A DNA stretch of 64,000 bases, taken from Virgibacillus sp. GTDB lineage: Bacteria > Bacillota > Bacilli > Bacillales > Amphibacillaceae. The stretch's first letter is position 1, and each line of letters opens with the position of its first letter. The notes under the pieces were generated by a model. It saw only the letters and a program-made list of their open reading frames with translations. It did not search any database and had not been told where the DNA came from. The position numbers and the translations under genes are program-made. Positions 10,254 through 20,690 of this stretch are shown in pieces. The stretch is taken from positions 18,582 to 82,581 of the forward strand of contig DATGUN010000088.1 of assembly GCA_035301285.1 (NCBI GenBank), in the 5' to 3' direction.

Positions 10254-10922
10254 ATGGAAAAACATGTCGTCGTTATATACCCGCACCCTGATGATGAATC
10301 ATTTGGCGCGGCAGGAACCATCTCAAAATATCGCAGAGAAGGGGTTCCGGTTACCTATTTATGCGGAACGCTCGGCGAAATGGGACGAAATATGGGAAAC
10401 CCTGCATTCGCTAATCGGGAGACTTTGCCTGACATCAGGAAAAAAGAACTTGAAGATGCGTGTCATGTATTAGATATTGATGTTGAAATGTTGGGCTATC
10501 GAGATAAAACGATTGAATTTGAAGATAAAAACCAGGTTGCACAACATATAAAAGGGTATCTGGAAGATATCCGGCCAAGCCTGATTATTACGCATTATCC
10601 TGGTCATGCAGTACACCCGGATCATAACGCATTCGGAGCCGCTGCTGTAGAAGCTGTAAGGTTGATGGATAAAGAAAAACGTCCGAAAGTGTGGACACAG
10701 GCGATTACCAATTCACGCTATGAAGAGTTGGGCAATCCGGATGTATCGATTGATATATCTAATCATTTTGATCGAAAAATGGAAGCCATTATGGCACATA
10801 AATCGCAAGCAAGCGGCATAATCAGCCAATTTCATGAGGGAGAGCATGCGGATCTTGTGAAGGAAGCACAAAAACATTTGGGAAACAATGAAGAATTTTA
10901 TGTATGGCACTATGAAGACTAA
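10254..10922 (+). CDS. bshB2: Bacillithiol biosynthesis deacetylase BshB2 (LmbE family)
   Basis: LmbE motif VIYPHPDDESFG and HPDH. Start set at ATG 10254, 5 nt after GAAGGTGA. Confidence 0.8.
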   Translation: MEKHVVVIYPHPDDESFGAAGTISKYRREGVPVTYLCGTLGEMGRNMGNPAFANRETLPDIRKKELEDACHVLDIDVEMLGYRDKTIEFEDKNQVAQHIKGYLEDIRPSLIITHYPGHAVHPDHNAFGAAAVEAVRLMDKEKRPKVWTQAITNSRYEELGNPDVSIDISNHFDRKMEAIMAHKSQASGIISQFHEGEHADLVKEAQKHLGNNEEFYVWHYED

Positions 10923-11043
10923 AAAAAGATGTGGGCACACTAACCGTTTTTGATTGAACGAGTGAAAAAAGAGAAAATGACTTCCCACTGAATATGTAAA
11001 TCATATAATGGTAAATGAAAAAGAAATGTCAAGGAGGTTTTTC

Positions 11044-11244
11044 ATGTATAGGCGGTTAACACGCTCGGAAACGGAGAGAATGGTTGCCGGGGTTCTAGGT
11101 GGCCTGGCTGTTTATTTCAAGATTGATCCCACCATTGTTAGATTAGGGTATGTCGCTGTCACTCTTTTGACAGCAATCTTTCCGATGATCGTCATTTACT
11201 TTATTGCAGCGATAATTATTCCCAATGAGGGTGAGGTGCGCTAA
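11044..11244 (+). CDS. PspC domain-containing membrane protein (YvlC-like)
   Basis: RLTRSETERMVAGVLGGLAVYFKIDPTIVRLGYV is a typical PspC domain. AAGGAGG lies 7 nt before ATG 11044. Confidence 0.75.
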   Translation: MYRRLTRSETERMVAGVLGGLAVYFKIDPTIVRLGYVAVTLLTAIFPMIVIYFIAAIIIPNEGEVR

Positions 11245-11247
11245 AAT

Positions 11248-11610
11248 ATGTTCCTACGCTGGATTTTATCGATTGTCCTCAATGCGGTGGCATTGATCAT
11301 CGTTGCCGAATTATTCGAGTCATTCCATCTGGAAGGCTTTGGGACCGCTATTCTTGCGAGTATTATTCTGGGAATATTGAATGTTATTGTGAAGCCGATT
11401 CTTATCATATTGACATTGCCTATAACCATCTTTTCCCTCGGACTGTTTTTGTTTGTCATTAACGCTGTTACATTAATGATTACTCAGTCTGTCATGGATT
11501 CATCATTTGTCATCGATGGTTTTGGTACGGCCATTATAGCATCCATCATCATTTCCTTGCTTAATTTGATACTGAATAGATTGGTGAAGGATACAGTTAG
11601 ATATAGCTGA
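11248..11610 (+). CDS. Phage-holin-4-like / DUF360 membrane protein (YvlD-like)
   Basis: 120 aa, four TM helices, internal duplication (GFGTAILASIILGILN / GFGTAIIASIIISLLN), and adjacent to the pspC-like gene. Confidence 0.7.
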   Translation: MFLRWILSIVLNAVALIIVAELFESFHLEGFGTAILASIILGILNVIVKPILIILTLPITIFSLGLFLFVINAVTLMITQSVMDSSFVIDGFGTAIIASIIISLLNLILNRLVKDTVRYS

Positions 11611-11613
11611 TTC

Positions 11614-11650
11614 AATCGCAAGCTTTTCACTGAGCTTGCGATTTTCTTTT
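11614..11650 (+). terminator. Intrinsic terminator
   Basis: AATCGCAAGCT (11614-11624) pairs with AGCTTGCGATT (11633-11643), followed by TTCTTTT. Confidence 0.7.
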
Positions 11651-11750
11651 AAATTCAATTTTCATCATGATATAACATATATATAGTATTTTTATTGTCC
11701 CGAAATATGCTACAATATAAGGTATTGGACAGAAAATGGGAGGGATATGC

Positions 11751-12686
11751 GTGGCAATTGTTCGTACAAAAGATTTGCTGGAGAATTTTAATATGACGCT
11801 TGTTGCCGGAAAAGATGGTATTCATAGGGAGATTTCAACAAGTGATATATCCCGCCCAGGTATCGAGATGACGGGGTATTTTAAATATTATCCAAAAGAA
11901 CGGCTGCAATTGATCGGTAAAACTGAAATGGCTTATTTTCTTGATTTGGACGAGGAACAACAGTATATCAGGGCTGATCGGCTCTGTACTGATGTGACGC
12001 CCTGTATTGTCATTTCCAGGGGAATGGATATTCCCGATGCGCTGATCAAGGCAGCAAATGAATCTGGTGTGCCGATTTTACGTTCACCTCGTAAAACAAC
12101 ACGTGTCATCAGTCGATTGACCAATTATTTGGAGGTGAAATTTGCTCCATTCACAGCCATACATGGTGTACTTGTTGATATTTATGGTGTAGGCGTTCTG
12201 ATCATCGGTCAAAGTGGTGTCGGAAAAAGTGAAACGGCATTGGAGCTTGTCAAGCGTGGGCATCGACTTGTTGCGGATGATAGTGTGGAAATCCGGCAGG
12301 AAGATTATGACGAACTTATTGGGAATCCACCCCCATTGATCGAAAACTTATTGGAAATCCGTGGCTTGGGAATCATTAATGTCATGACATTATTCGGGGC
12401 AGGTGCGGTACGTCCGTTTAAAAAGATTTCTATAGTCATCAATTTGGAGTTGTGGGACGAGGAGAAACAGTATGATCGACTCGGTCTTGATGAAGAAAAG
12501 ATGAAAATTATGGATGTGAAATTACCCAAAGCAACAATACCGGTACGACCGGGAAGAAATCTAGCTGTCATCATCGAAGTAGCCGCCATGAATTTCCGGC
12601 TCAAACGAATGGGAATGAATGCCGCGGAAGATTTTTCGGAACGTCTGACTAAAATGATTGACAGTGAAAAAGATGGTATGGAATAG
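11751..12686 (+). CDS. hprK: HPr kinase/phosphorylase
   Basis: P-loop GQSGVGKSE and [11 protein letters not shown] signature. GTG 11751 preceded by GGGAGGGA. Confidence 0.95.
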   Translation: MAIVRTKDLLENFNMTLVAGKDGIHREISTSDISRPGIEMTGYFKYYPKERLQLIGKTEMAYFLDLDEEQQYIRADRLCTDVTPCIVISRGMDIPDALIKAANESGVPILRSPRKTTRVISRLTNYLEVKFAPFTAIHGVLVDIYGVGVLIIGQSGVGKSETALELVKRGHRLVADDSVEIRQEDYDELIGNPPPLIENLLEIRGLGIINVMTLFGAGAVRPFKKISIVINLELWDEEKQYDRLGLDEEKMKIMDVKLPKATIPVRPGRNLAVIIEVAAMNFRLKRMGMNAAEDFSERLTKMIDSEKDGME

Positions 12687-12698
12687 GAGTGATACAAA

Positions 12699-13562
12699 GT
12701 GACTTGTAGTGCACCAGCATTAGATCGTGTTATGATAACGATATTTTCTTACCCTATTTATTGGTATGGTGTCATTATTGCTGTTGGAGCATTTTTGGGA
12801 TTATACATAGCAAGCCGTGAAGCAAATCGTCTCGGGTTGAAAAAAGATATCATGGTGGATTTAGTTGTATTTGCCATTCCTATTTCCATCATTTTTGCAC
12901 GGATCTATTATGTCGTGTTTGAGTGGCAACGTTATGCGGACGGTCCATGGTGGGGACCTTTTGCTATTTGGGAAGGTGGAATCGCCATTCATGGGGCTTT
13001 GATCGGAGCTGTATTGACGGCGATTGTATTTGCACGTATCCGAAAAGTGCCGTTTTGGCAAATTGCCGATATCGCTGCACCGAGTTTGATTTTAGGTCAG
13101 GCCATCGGTCGTTGGGGAAATTTCATGAACCAAGAAGCACATGGGGGTCCAATTTCGGAAGCTACATATAATAGCTTTCATCAATATTTGCCCGATTTTA
13201 TCATGAATCAAATGTGTATCGATGGTGTTATGTATCATCCAACGTTTTTATATGAATCTGTTTGGAATATATTGGTGTTTGCCTTATTGCTTGTCCTACG
13301 CAGAAAAAACTTGATGCGTGGTGTCGTCTTTTTAGTTTACCTGATGTCTTACTCAGTCGGTCGATTCTTCATTGAAGGGATGCGTACTGATAGCTTGTAT
13401 GGCGGTGGACTTCGTGCGGCACAGGTTGTGTCTATTTTGCTGATTGTAGGATCAATCGCGCTTATCATATATTGGGCCATGTCGAAAACACGTAAACATT
13501 ATTATGATGATACGGACATGGATCCAAATAAGAACAAAGGAAAGAAAAATAAAAAGAAATGA
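12699..13562 (+). CDS. lgt: Prolipoprotein diacylglyceryl transferase
   Basis: [23 protein letters not shown] and MRTDSL motifs; follows hprK as in B. subtilis. Confidence 0.93.
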   Translation: MTCSAPALDRVMITIFSYPIYWYGVIIAVGAFLGLYIASREANRLGLKKDIMVDLVVFAIPISIIFARIYYVVFEWQRYADGPWWGPFAIWEGGIAIHGALIGAVLTAIVFARIRKVPFWQIADIAAPSLILGQAIGRWGNFMNQEAHGGPISEATYNSFHQYLPDFIMNQMCIDGVMYHPTFLYESVWNILVFALLLVLRRKNLMRGVVFLVYLMSYSVGRFFIEGMRTDSLYGGGLRAAQVVSILLIVGSIALIIYWAMSKTRKHYYDDTDMDPNKNKGKKNKKK

Positions 13563-13607
13563 CATACATTCCGTTGTTTGTGTCAAATGGGGAAAGGAAA
13601 TGACCTT

Positions 13608-14246
13608 ATGTCTATAAAATCAATCTTGTTTGATATGGATGGGACATTAATCGATACCAACGAATTGATCATGGAATCTTTCAAGCATACTTTCCGGATG
13701 TATGGTTTAACGTTTACACAGGAAGAAATGCTGCAATTCAATGGACCACCGTTAATTGATACGTTCAACAGCATTCTTCCCGATGAAGCGGAAGACATGG
13801 TCCATACTTATCGGAAGCATAATCTTGCAAATCACGCTAAATATGTAAGATCCTTCCCGTACGTCCGTGAAGTCATCGAAGAACTCCAAATAAAAAATGT
13901 GAAAATGGCCATTGTGTCGACAAAACTAAGAAGCTCCATACAGCTTGGTTTGAAGGATTCTGGTCTGGATGATTTATTTACGGCAAGGATCGGTTTGGAT
14001 GATGTTAACCAAGCCAAGCCACACCCCGAACCCATTCACATAGCCATGGAACGGATCGGCGCTGATAAAGAGACAACGCTTATGGTCGGTGATAATCATC
14101 ATGATATCGAAGCGGGTCAAAATGCGGGAGTCCAAACGGCTGGAGTGGCATGGTCCATGAAGGGCAGAGCATTTTTGCAAGCATACCACCCAACATATAT
14201 GTTGGAGGATATGCGTGATTTATTGAAATTAACGGAGAATGAATGA
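13608..14246 (+). CDS. ppaX: Pyrophosphatase PpaX (HAD family)
   Basis: HAD motif I (LFDMDGTLIDT) and motif IV (MVGDNHHDIEAG); synteny hprK-lgt-ppaX. Confidence 0.8.
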   Translation: MSIKSILFDMDGTLIDTNELIMESFKHTFRMYGLTFTQEEMLQFNGPPLIDTFNSILPDEAEDMVHTYRKHNLANHAKYVRSFPYVREVIEELQIKNVKMAIVSTKLRSSIQLGLKDSGLDDLFTARIGLDDVNQAKPHPEPIHIAMERIGADKETTLMVGDNHHDIEAGQNAGVQTAGVAWSMKGRAFLQAYHPTYMLEDMRDLLKLTENE

Positions 14247-14311
14247 CCATGATGGGCTGCCTGCTCAAATACATATGCAAAGCCTGTTATGTATAAAGGA
14301 AGTGACGCGCC

Positions 14312-14815
14312 ATGCGACGGACAAAACGTTATAAAGTTGAGAAGGATAATTCGTTGTGGCACATATACAAGTCTGTTTCTTTTTGGAAAGTCGTAAAAAA
14401 TTTCATTGTTATCCAACTAGCCCGCTACAGTCCTTTTTTGAGGCTGAAGAATGGGTTGTACAAAACATTTTTAAAAATGCATGTCGGTGATAAAACGGCA
14501 TTTGCACTCATGGTCATGCCTGACATAATGTTCCCTGAGAAGATTAAAGTTGGTAATAATAGTATCATTGGCTACAATACAACTATATTGGCGCATGAAT
14601 ATTTAATCGATGAATACCGTATCGGTGAAGTCATAATCGGTGATGGCGTCATGATTGGAGCGAACACAACCATTTTACCTGGTGTGTCCATAGGGGATCA
14701 TGCTGTCATATCGGCACATACGCTTGTTAATAAGGATGTACCCGCAGGTGCATTTGTTGGGGGCAACCCAATGAAGGTCATTCATACAAAAGAAGATATG
14801 GAGAAACGTCTATGA
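14312..14815 (+). CDS. Hexapeptide-repeat acetyltransferase (YvoF-like)
   Basis: Left-handed beta-helix repeats (IGDGVMIGANTTILPGVSIGDHAVISAHTLV); synteny after ppaX. Confidence 0.7.
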   Translation: MRRTKRYKVEKDNSLWHIYKSVSFWKVVKNFIVIQLARYSPFLRLKNGLYKTFLKMHVGDKTAFALMVMPDIMFPEKIKVGNNSIIGYNTTILAHEYLIDEYRIGEVIIGDGVMIGANTTILPGVSIGDHAVISAHTLVNKDVPAGAFVGGNPMKVIHTKEDMEKRL

Positions 14816-14891
14816 CACGAAAAGGATCATGGCAGCAGCCTTGAATGATACATATTTCGAAAATGTTCTTTGAAAAATGGGAGTGATAAGG

Positions 14892-15443
14892 ATGCTTGAA
14901 ATCCCGAGTGGTGTCATACCCGCCGTCCGAAGAATGAATGACTTTGAGAAGGCTTTGAAAACCACATGTAATCAGATCGTTCTTTTGGAGACTCGCTTGG
15001 CGATGTTAAAATATTTAGTCACGTATGCCAAACGGGAAAATAAGAGCGTGTTCATTCATTTTGACTTGATTCAAGGCTTGAAGGCGGACAGTTACGGGAT
15101 GGAATATGTGATTCGGGAGGTCAAGCCTGACGGGATATTATCAACACGGGGAAATATTATTACGTTGGCTAAGAAATATGATGTTCTGGCGATTCAACGT
15201 ATGTTTTTACTAGATAGTGCTGCGTTGGATCAAAATCTTAAATTAGTGGAACGTTTCAAGCCGGATTGTGTTGAAGTCCTACCTGGTTTGATGCCGAGTA
15301 TTATAGACCGTGTCCATCAGACGACCAATATTCCCGTTATTGCTGGTGGTCTGATAACATCCCAAGAAGACGTAAGGTCTGCATTGGATAGCGGGGCAAT
15401 TGCCGTTTCGACCTCCAATGTTGATTTGTGGAATGTCGATTAG
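14892..15443 (+). CDS. glpP: Glycerol-3-phosphate-responsive antiterminator GlpP
   Basis: About 183 aa with a GlpP-like N-terminus (VIPAVRRMNDFEKAL) and EVLPG...IAGGLI. Start at ATG 14892. Confidence 0.85.
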   Translation: MLEIPSGVIPAVRRMNDFEKALKTTCNQIVLLETRLAMLKYLVTYAKRENKSVFIHFDLIQGLKADSYGMEYVIREVKPDGILSTRGNIITLAKKYDVLAIQRMFLLDSAALDQNLKLVERFKPDCVEVLPGLMPSIIDRVHQTTNIPVIAGGLITSQEDVRSALDSGAIAVSTSNVDLWNVD

Positions 15444-15489
15444 TGTCACAAAGACCGAACGTGATATGGATTGATGGGGTTGATGGAAC

Positions 15490-16692
15490 GTGAAAGAAAC
15501 GGGTAGATATCGAATTACCGATTTCGATTTCTGGAAAATTACAATAAGTCTGGCACTGGCTTCTTTTTTTGTATTTGCTGCCTTATATGCAGTACAACCG
15601 CTGCTGCCTGTATTTGTAGACACATTCGGAGTGTCTGTATCTGTGTCCAGCCTTGCGTTATCAATGGTTATCATTGGCTTGATCATAGGTTTGATTGTGT
15701 TTGGGTTTTTGTCGGATCGATTGGGTAGGACATTTTTGATCAAGGCTTCTCTGCTGGGTTCTGTAGTCCCATTTTTACTGATTCCTTTAACAAACTCGTT
15801 TATCATCTTGATTATACTGAGATTTATTCAGGGGTTACTCCTAGCGGGTCTTCCTGCTGCATCGCTTGCATATATAAGCGAAGAAATCGAGTCGCGCAGT
15901 GTTGGAACAGCGACCGGTTTTTATATTTCCAGTAATGCATTGGGTGGCATGGCGGGCAGGGTCATGACAGGGTATTTCACCGACCATTTTTCGTGGGAGA
16001 CAGCTTTTTTCATTTTAGCAGCAATAGGGACTTTGGTCGTACTCATTGTATATATCATGTTGCCACAATCCAAATTCTTTGAGAAAAGTGTCGTGTCGAT
16101 ACGAACTGATTTGATTGGATTTTTCTATCATTTAAAAAATCCCGCACTTTTATTGATGTTTGGAATGGGCGTGGTTCTGCAATCTACATTTACGGGAATG
16201 TGGACATATCTGCCGTTTTATTTACAAGGGGAACCCTTTTTATTATCATTGCAGGCTATTTCGTATATGTTCCTAGCATATGGCTTTGGTGTGATCGGAT
16301 CACCTATGGCTGGTTCCCTGTCCGGGAAGTATGGCATTAAACCGGTCCGTGTTACGGGTATCATCGTGTTATCGGGCGGTGTTTTATTAACCATCATTCC
16401 ATCGCTTCCGATGATTATGATCGGTCTTTGTTTAAGTTGTCTTGGATTTTTTACAGCCCACTCAGTTACGGCAGCCTCCATCAGTGATCAAGTGACACAT
16501 CATAAAGGCAGTGCATCCAGTTTATATTTAGTGGCTTATTATATCGGTGTGTCTTCGGGAAGCACGTTGTATGGTCCTGTATGGGAAAGGATTGGATGGA
16601 AAGGCGTGATTGTAATCGCTGGATTGATTCCGGTTATTTATATTGGTATATTGCAATTTTTCAACAAGAGAAATAGTCACCCTTCATACTGA
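15490..16692 (+). CDS. MFS transporter (YnfM-like), substrate unknown
   Basis: 12 TM helices and MFS loop motif GFLSDRLGR. Confidence 0.8.
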   Translation: MKETGRYRITDFDFWKITISLALASFFVFAALYAVQPLLPVFVDTFGVSVSVSSLALSMVIIGLIIGLIVFGFLSDRLGRTFLIKASLLGSVVPFLLIPLTNSFIILIILRFIQGLLLAGLPAASLAYISEEIESRSVGTATGFYISSNALGGMAGRVMTGYFTDHFSWETAFFILAAIGTLVVLIVYIMLPQSKFFEKSVVSIRTDLIGFFYHLKNPALLLMFGMGVVLQSTFTGMWTYLPFYLQGEPFLLSLQAISYMFLAYGFGVIGSPMAGSLSGKYGIKPVRVTGIIVLSGGVLLTIIPSLPMIMIGLCLSCLGFFTAHSVTAASISDQVTHHKGSASSLYLVAYYIGVSSGSTLYGPVWERIGWKGVIVIAGLIPVIYIGILQFFNKRNSHPSY

Positions 16693-16736
16693 AACAAGCA
16701 AGGTCCTCATTCAGCGACGATCCTTGCTTGTTTTTT
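16692..16736. terminator. Terminator between convergent MFS and DASS genes
   Basis: AAACAAGCAAGG pairs with CCTTGCTTGTTT (16722-16733), followed by TTT. Confidence 0.7.
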
Positions 16737-16764
16737 AATGGGGCGGAAGATCACGGTGCCATCC

Positions 16765-18417
16765 TTATTTGAATGATGCGGGAATGGTTGTCAGATCAAT
16801 GCCCCATATAATAGGCAGCAAGAAATAGATGGCAAGTGTTACGATAACGACACCGATAATATTCAAGACAAAGCCTGCTTTTGCCATGTCGGGAATGCGC
16901 AAATATCCAGAACCGAAAACAACGGCGTTCGGCGGAGTGGCTACAGGTAACATAAATGCACAAGATGCGGCGACCCCTGCAGCGATCATAAAGGCATAAG
17001 GATGTACCCCCAGAGCCAAAGCCAAAGATGCCATAATCGGATACATCATATTGGCTGTTGCCGTATTAGACGTTATTTCTGTCAAGAATATAACCAATGC
17101 CGTCACGATCATTATGACGAAAAAGACATTGACACCTTTAAGACCTGATAATTGATTACCAATCCATTCCGATAATCCAGATTCAGTGAAACCTGCTGCA
17201 ATAGCCAAGCCACCGCCGAATAATAGTAAGATACCCCAAGGTAGTTTAACGGCAGTATTCCAGTCCAGCAATGTATCACCTTGTTTATTTTTGGAAGGGA
17301 TGGCGAATAAGACAAGAGCGGCAGTCATTGCAATTACTGCGTCCCCGATATTTTCATTCAGGGCTTCAAGGAAAAACGAACGCGTAATCCATGCTAAAGC
17401 TGTTAAAGAAAAAATGACAAAGACCGTCTTCTCCTCGTAGGAAGCTTTTCCTAGCTTGCTTTTCTCATTCCGTATGATTTCCTGACCACCGGGAAGCGTT
17501 TTTACAGGTTGTGGAAAAGCAAATTTCATAAGATAAATCCAAGTGAGAATAATAAATATCCATGCAACGGGTACACCGAATAACATCCATGTCCCAAATG
17601 CCAATTCGACATCGTACATCTTTTTCACAACACCTGCAAGTGCAGCATTGGGAGGTGTTCCGATGATGGTAGCTATCCCTCCGAGTGAGGCGGAATAAGC
17701 AATCCCTAACATCATCGCTTTTCCGAACCCGAAATTGTCATCTGCAGTATCGACTCTTGAATCATCTTTCAATGCATCTGAAACTTGATAAATGATAGCA
17801 AGTCCAATAGGTACCATCATCATAGCAGTGGCTGTGTTGGAAATCCACATGGACAGAAACCCTGTAGCTACCATGAAACCAAGAATGATTCGATCTGTAT
17901 TCGTACCGATAATAGAGATGATTGTCAGGGCAATACGTCGATGTAAGTCCCATTTTTCCATGGCAAGTGCTACCATGAAGCCTCCCATAAAAAGAAAGAT
18001 GGTATCGCTTCCATAAGCTGACGCTGTAACATCGATATCCAGTCCGTGTGACAGCGGAAATAAAATGAGAGGTAGCAAAGATGTCGCCGGGATAGGCAGC
18101 GCTTCAGTCATCCACCAAATTGCTATCCAGATGGTACTCGCAAGAACAGCAACACCTTCATTGGACAAGTCTTCAGGTTTAAAAAATAATAATGTAAGAA
18201 TAAATAGAATAGGGCCCATGAATAATCCGATAAGCTGGGCAGTTGAGTAAGTCCGTTTATGGCCGCCTCCTCCATTATGACCGCCATTTCCGCTTCCATT
18301 ATCCGGTGCCCAAGCTATATTCTTCATATCTGTCGTTTTAGGATGAATGAAAAAACGGAACATATCTTTTACCTGATCATGCTTGTCCCACATCCAATTC
18401 CATGTCGAAGTTATCAT
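16765..18417 (-). CDS. SLC13/DASS family anion:sodium symporter
   Basis: 550 aa polytopic protein with repeated SNTATA/SNTATAN hairpin motifs typical of DASS permeases. AAGGAGG SD. Confidence 0.8.
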   Translation of the reverse strand: MITSTWNWMWDKHDQVKDMFRFFIHPKTTDMKNIAWAPDNGSGNGGHNGGGGHKRTYSTAQLIGLFMGPILFILTLLFFKPEDLSNEGVAVLASTIWIAIWWMTEALPIPATSLLPLILFPLSHGLDIDVTASAYGSDTIFLFMGGFMVALAMEKWDLHRRIALTIISIIGTNTDRIILGFMVATGFLSMWISNTATAMMMVPIGLAIIYQVSDALKDDSRVDTADDNFGFGKAMMLGIAYSASLGGIATIIGTPPNAALAGVVKKMYDVELAFGTWMLFGVPVAWIFIILTWIYLMKFAFPQPVKTLPGGQEIIRNEKSKLGKASYEEKTVFVIFSLTALAWITRSFFLEALNENIGDAVIAMTAALVLFAIPSKNKQGDTLLDWNTAVKLPWGILLLFGGGLAIAAGFTESGLSEWIGNQLSGLKGVNVFFVIMIVTALVIFLTEITSNTATANMMYPIMASLALALGVHPYAFMIAAGVAASCAFMLPVATPPNAVVFGSGYLRIPDMAKAGFVLNIIGVVIVTLAIYFLLPIIWGIDLTTIPASFK

Positions 18418-18633
18418 ATTCTGCCTCCTTTAGAGTTTTATGTATTATATCAAATCAGATAAAATATTTAAAGTATTAAAAATTCAATCTTTTGTGATTT
18501 CTTAAGGTGCATTTTCAAACACCACTTTGTTTAGGGTCATAAACATTTTGCTTTATCAAATAGTGGTGATATGGTATGCTATATTTAAGTTAATAGTTTC
18601 ACTGGACGGAGAATCGGAGTAACCGCAGGATAG

Positions 18634-18680
18634 CCAATGGATTGCCATTGGTCTGTTTTGTGGTCTTTTTGTGTTGTTTT
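18634..18680 (+). terminator. Leader hairpin and U-tract upstream of glpD (candidate GlpP-controlled terminator)
   Basis: CCAATGG (18634-18640) pairs with CCATTGG (18645-18651), with flanking imperfect pairing, followed by TCTGTTTTGTGGTCTTTTTGTGTTGTTTT. Located about 180 nt before the glpD start. Confidence 0.5.
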
Positions 18681-18862
18681 GTCATGTAGAGGTCACATTT
18701 ATGTTTATCGATGCCTGTCAATCGATCGATTTTAAAATGTCTTTCAAGTGAGTATAAGTCCAAAATGTGATACGGAGAACAGATAGGGCAATACAGTTAA
18801 GACCACCGATTCTCAAAAATAAAACGGTAGATATGATAATTCTACATAAGGAGTGTTTGGCT

Positions 18863-20533
18863 ATGGTGAAATTTGCCGGTACTGAACGTCGTCATATGTT
18901 AGCTGAAATGAAAGAAAATCAGTTGGATTTGCTTGTGATCGGGGGAGGCATTACAGGAGCTGGGATTGCTTTGGATGCCACAACAAGAGGATTGAATACA
19001 GGTCTCGTTGAGATGCAGGATTTTGCGGCGGGGACATCGTCCAGATCGACGAAACTTGTCCATGGTGGTTTGCGTTATCTGAAACAATTCGAGGTCGCCA
19101 TGGTTGCAGAAGTAGGGAAGGAACGTGCCATCGTTTATGAAAATGGGCCACATGTCACAACACCAGAGTGGATGATGCTTCCATTTCATAAAGGAGGAAC
19201 ATTCGGTCCGTTCACAACAAACATTGGTCTACGTGTATATGACTTTTTAGCTGGTGTCAAAAAAGTGGAACGCCGTAAAATGCTATCACCCAATGAAGCA
19301 CTGGAAAAAGAGCCCCTTATTAAAGAAGACCAGTTAAAAGGTGCAGGCTATTATGTGGAATATAAGACCGATGATGCCAGGTTGACGATCGAGGTGATGA
19401 AAAAGGCGGTGGAACATGGTGCCCATGCTGTCAACTATACACAAGCCATCGACTATTTATATGATTCAAACGGGAAAATTGAGGGGGTTGTCGTGAAGGA
19501 TCTAATAACTGGCGATACCCATGAACTGTATGCGAAAAAAGTTGTCAATGCCTGTGGACCTTGGGTAGATGACCTACGTGAGATTGATGGATCCAAAAAA
19601 GGGAAAACACTGCACCTGACAAAAGGCGTACATCTCGTGTTTGCTAAACGGGATTTTCCATTGAAACAAGCCATCTATTTTGATACGCCAGATGGTCGGA
19701 TGGTATTTGCCATTCCCAGAAACGATAAAACTTATGTCGGTACAACCGATACGCGTTTTCATGGAAACTTGAAGAATCCACAGGTAACGGTGGAGGATCG
19801 CGATTATTTGTTGGGTGCAATTCATTATATGTTCCCAACAGTAGACCTTACGGAAGAACATGTAGAATCAAGTTGGGCTGGGGTCAGACCACTCATTGCC
19901 GAAGAAGGGAAAGACAATCCCGATGAAATTTCACGTAAAGATGAAATTTTCATTTCTGATTCCGGGTTGATTTCCATGGCGGGTGGGAAATTGACAGGTT
20001 ACCGGAAAATGGCGGAACAAGCAGTCAATACGGTCACAAAACAGCTGAAACAAGAAGAAGGTATCATCTATAGTCCATCCAACACAGAACATTTGCCAAT
20101 TTCCGGTGGTGAAACTGGCGGTTCAAAAGGTTATGTCGCGTTTAAGGCGCAAAAAATAAAAGAGGGTGAAAAGATTGGCCTTCCTGAAAAGGAAATGAAA
20201 TTGTTACTTCAAAAATATGGTGCCAATGTTGACTCAATATTAAGTCTTTACGCAGATCATAAAGAGTCGTCACCAGATGGCATGGATCCATTGGTATTTG
20301 CCGAGTTACAATATGGGTTGTCACATGAAATGGTCGTGAAACCTGTTGACTTCTTCATTCGCAGGACAGGTGCATTGTTTTTTGATATCGACTGGGTCAG
20401 GGAGCATAAAAATAGTGTTTGTCACTATATATCCAAATGTTTCTCGTTGACTGCTGAACAAAGCAAAGCAAATAAAGAAGAAATGGAAAAATTGCTTTCT
20501 GAAGCCATAACGCCCGTTGCGTCACAACAATAA
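18863..20533 (+). CDS. glpD: Aerobic glycerol-3-phosphate dehydrogenase
   Basis: FAD fold DLLVIGGGITGAGIALD; about 556 aa. Start set at ATG 18863, 9 nt after AAGGAG; the listed ORF starts upstream at GTG 18767. Confidence 0.9.
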   Translation: MVKFAGTERRHMLAEMKENQLDLLVIGGGITGAGIALDATTRGLNTGLVEMQDFAAGTSSRSTKLVHGGLRYLKQFEVAMVAEVGKERAIVYENGPHVTTPEWMMLPFHKGGTFGPFTTNIGLRVYDFLAGVKKVERRKMLSPNEALEKEPLIKEDQLKGAGYYVEYKTDDARLTIEVMKKAVEHGAHAVNYTQAIDYLYDSNGKIEGVVVKDLITGDTHELYAKKVVNACGPWVDDLREIDGSKKGKTLHLTKGVHLVFAKRDFPLKQAIYFDTPDGRMVFAIPRNDKTYVGTTDTRFHGNLKNPQVTVEDRDYLLGAIHYMFPTVDLTEEHVESSWAGVRPLIAEEGKDNPDEISRKDEIFISDSGLISMAGGKLTGYRKMAEQAVNTVTKQLKQEEGIIYSPSNTEHLPISGGETGGSKGYVAFKAQKIKEGEKIGLPEKEMKLLLQKYGANVDSILSLYADHKESSPDGMDPLVFAELQYGLSHEMVVKPVDFFIRRTGALFFDIDWVREHKNSVCHYISKCFSLTAEQSKANKEEMEKLLSEAITPVASQQ

Positions 20534-20547
20534 CTGAACAGACACAT

Positions 20548-20579
20548 CCCATTCACCAATCATTGGTGGATGGGTTTTT
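20548..20579 (+). terminator. Intrinsic terminator after glpD
   Basis: CCCATTCACCAA pairs with TTGGTGGATGGG, followed by TTTTT. Confidence 0.7.
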
Positions 20580-20690
20580 AGTTTTCTTGTCGTTGAGTTA
20601 AAATAGCGTATCATATTTTTAAGCTTGTATCATTTTGGCTGAAATTGTGATATACTTTCTACGGAAATAACCAATGCAAGGAGGGATTGC

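Noticed and set aside
15279-15806. 175-aa minus-strand ORF spanning the glpP/MFS junction
   Set aside because: It is antisense to two well-supported genes and crosses their intergenic region.
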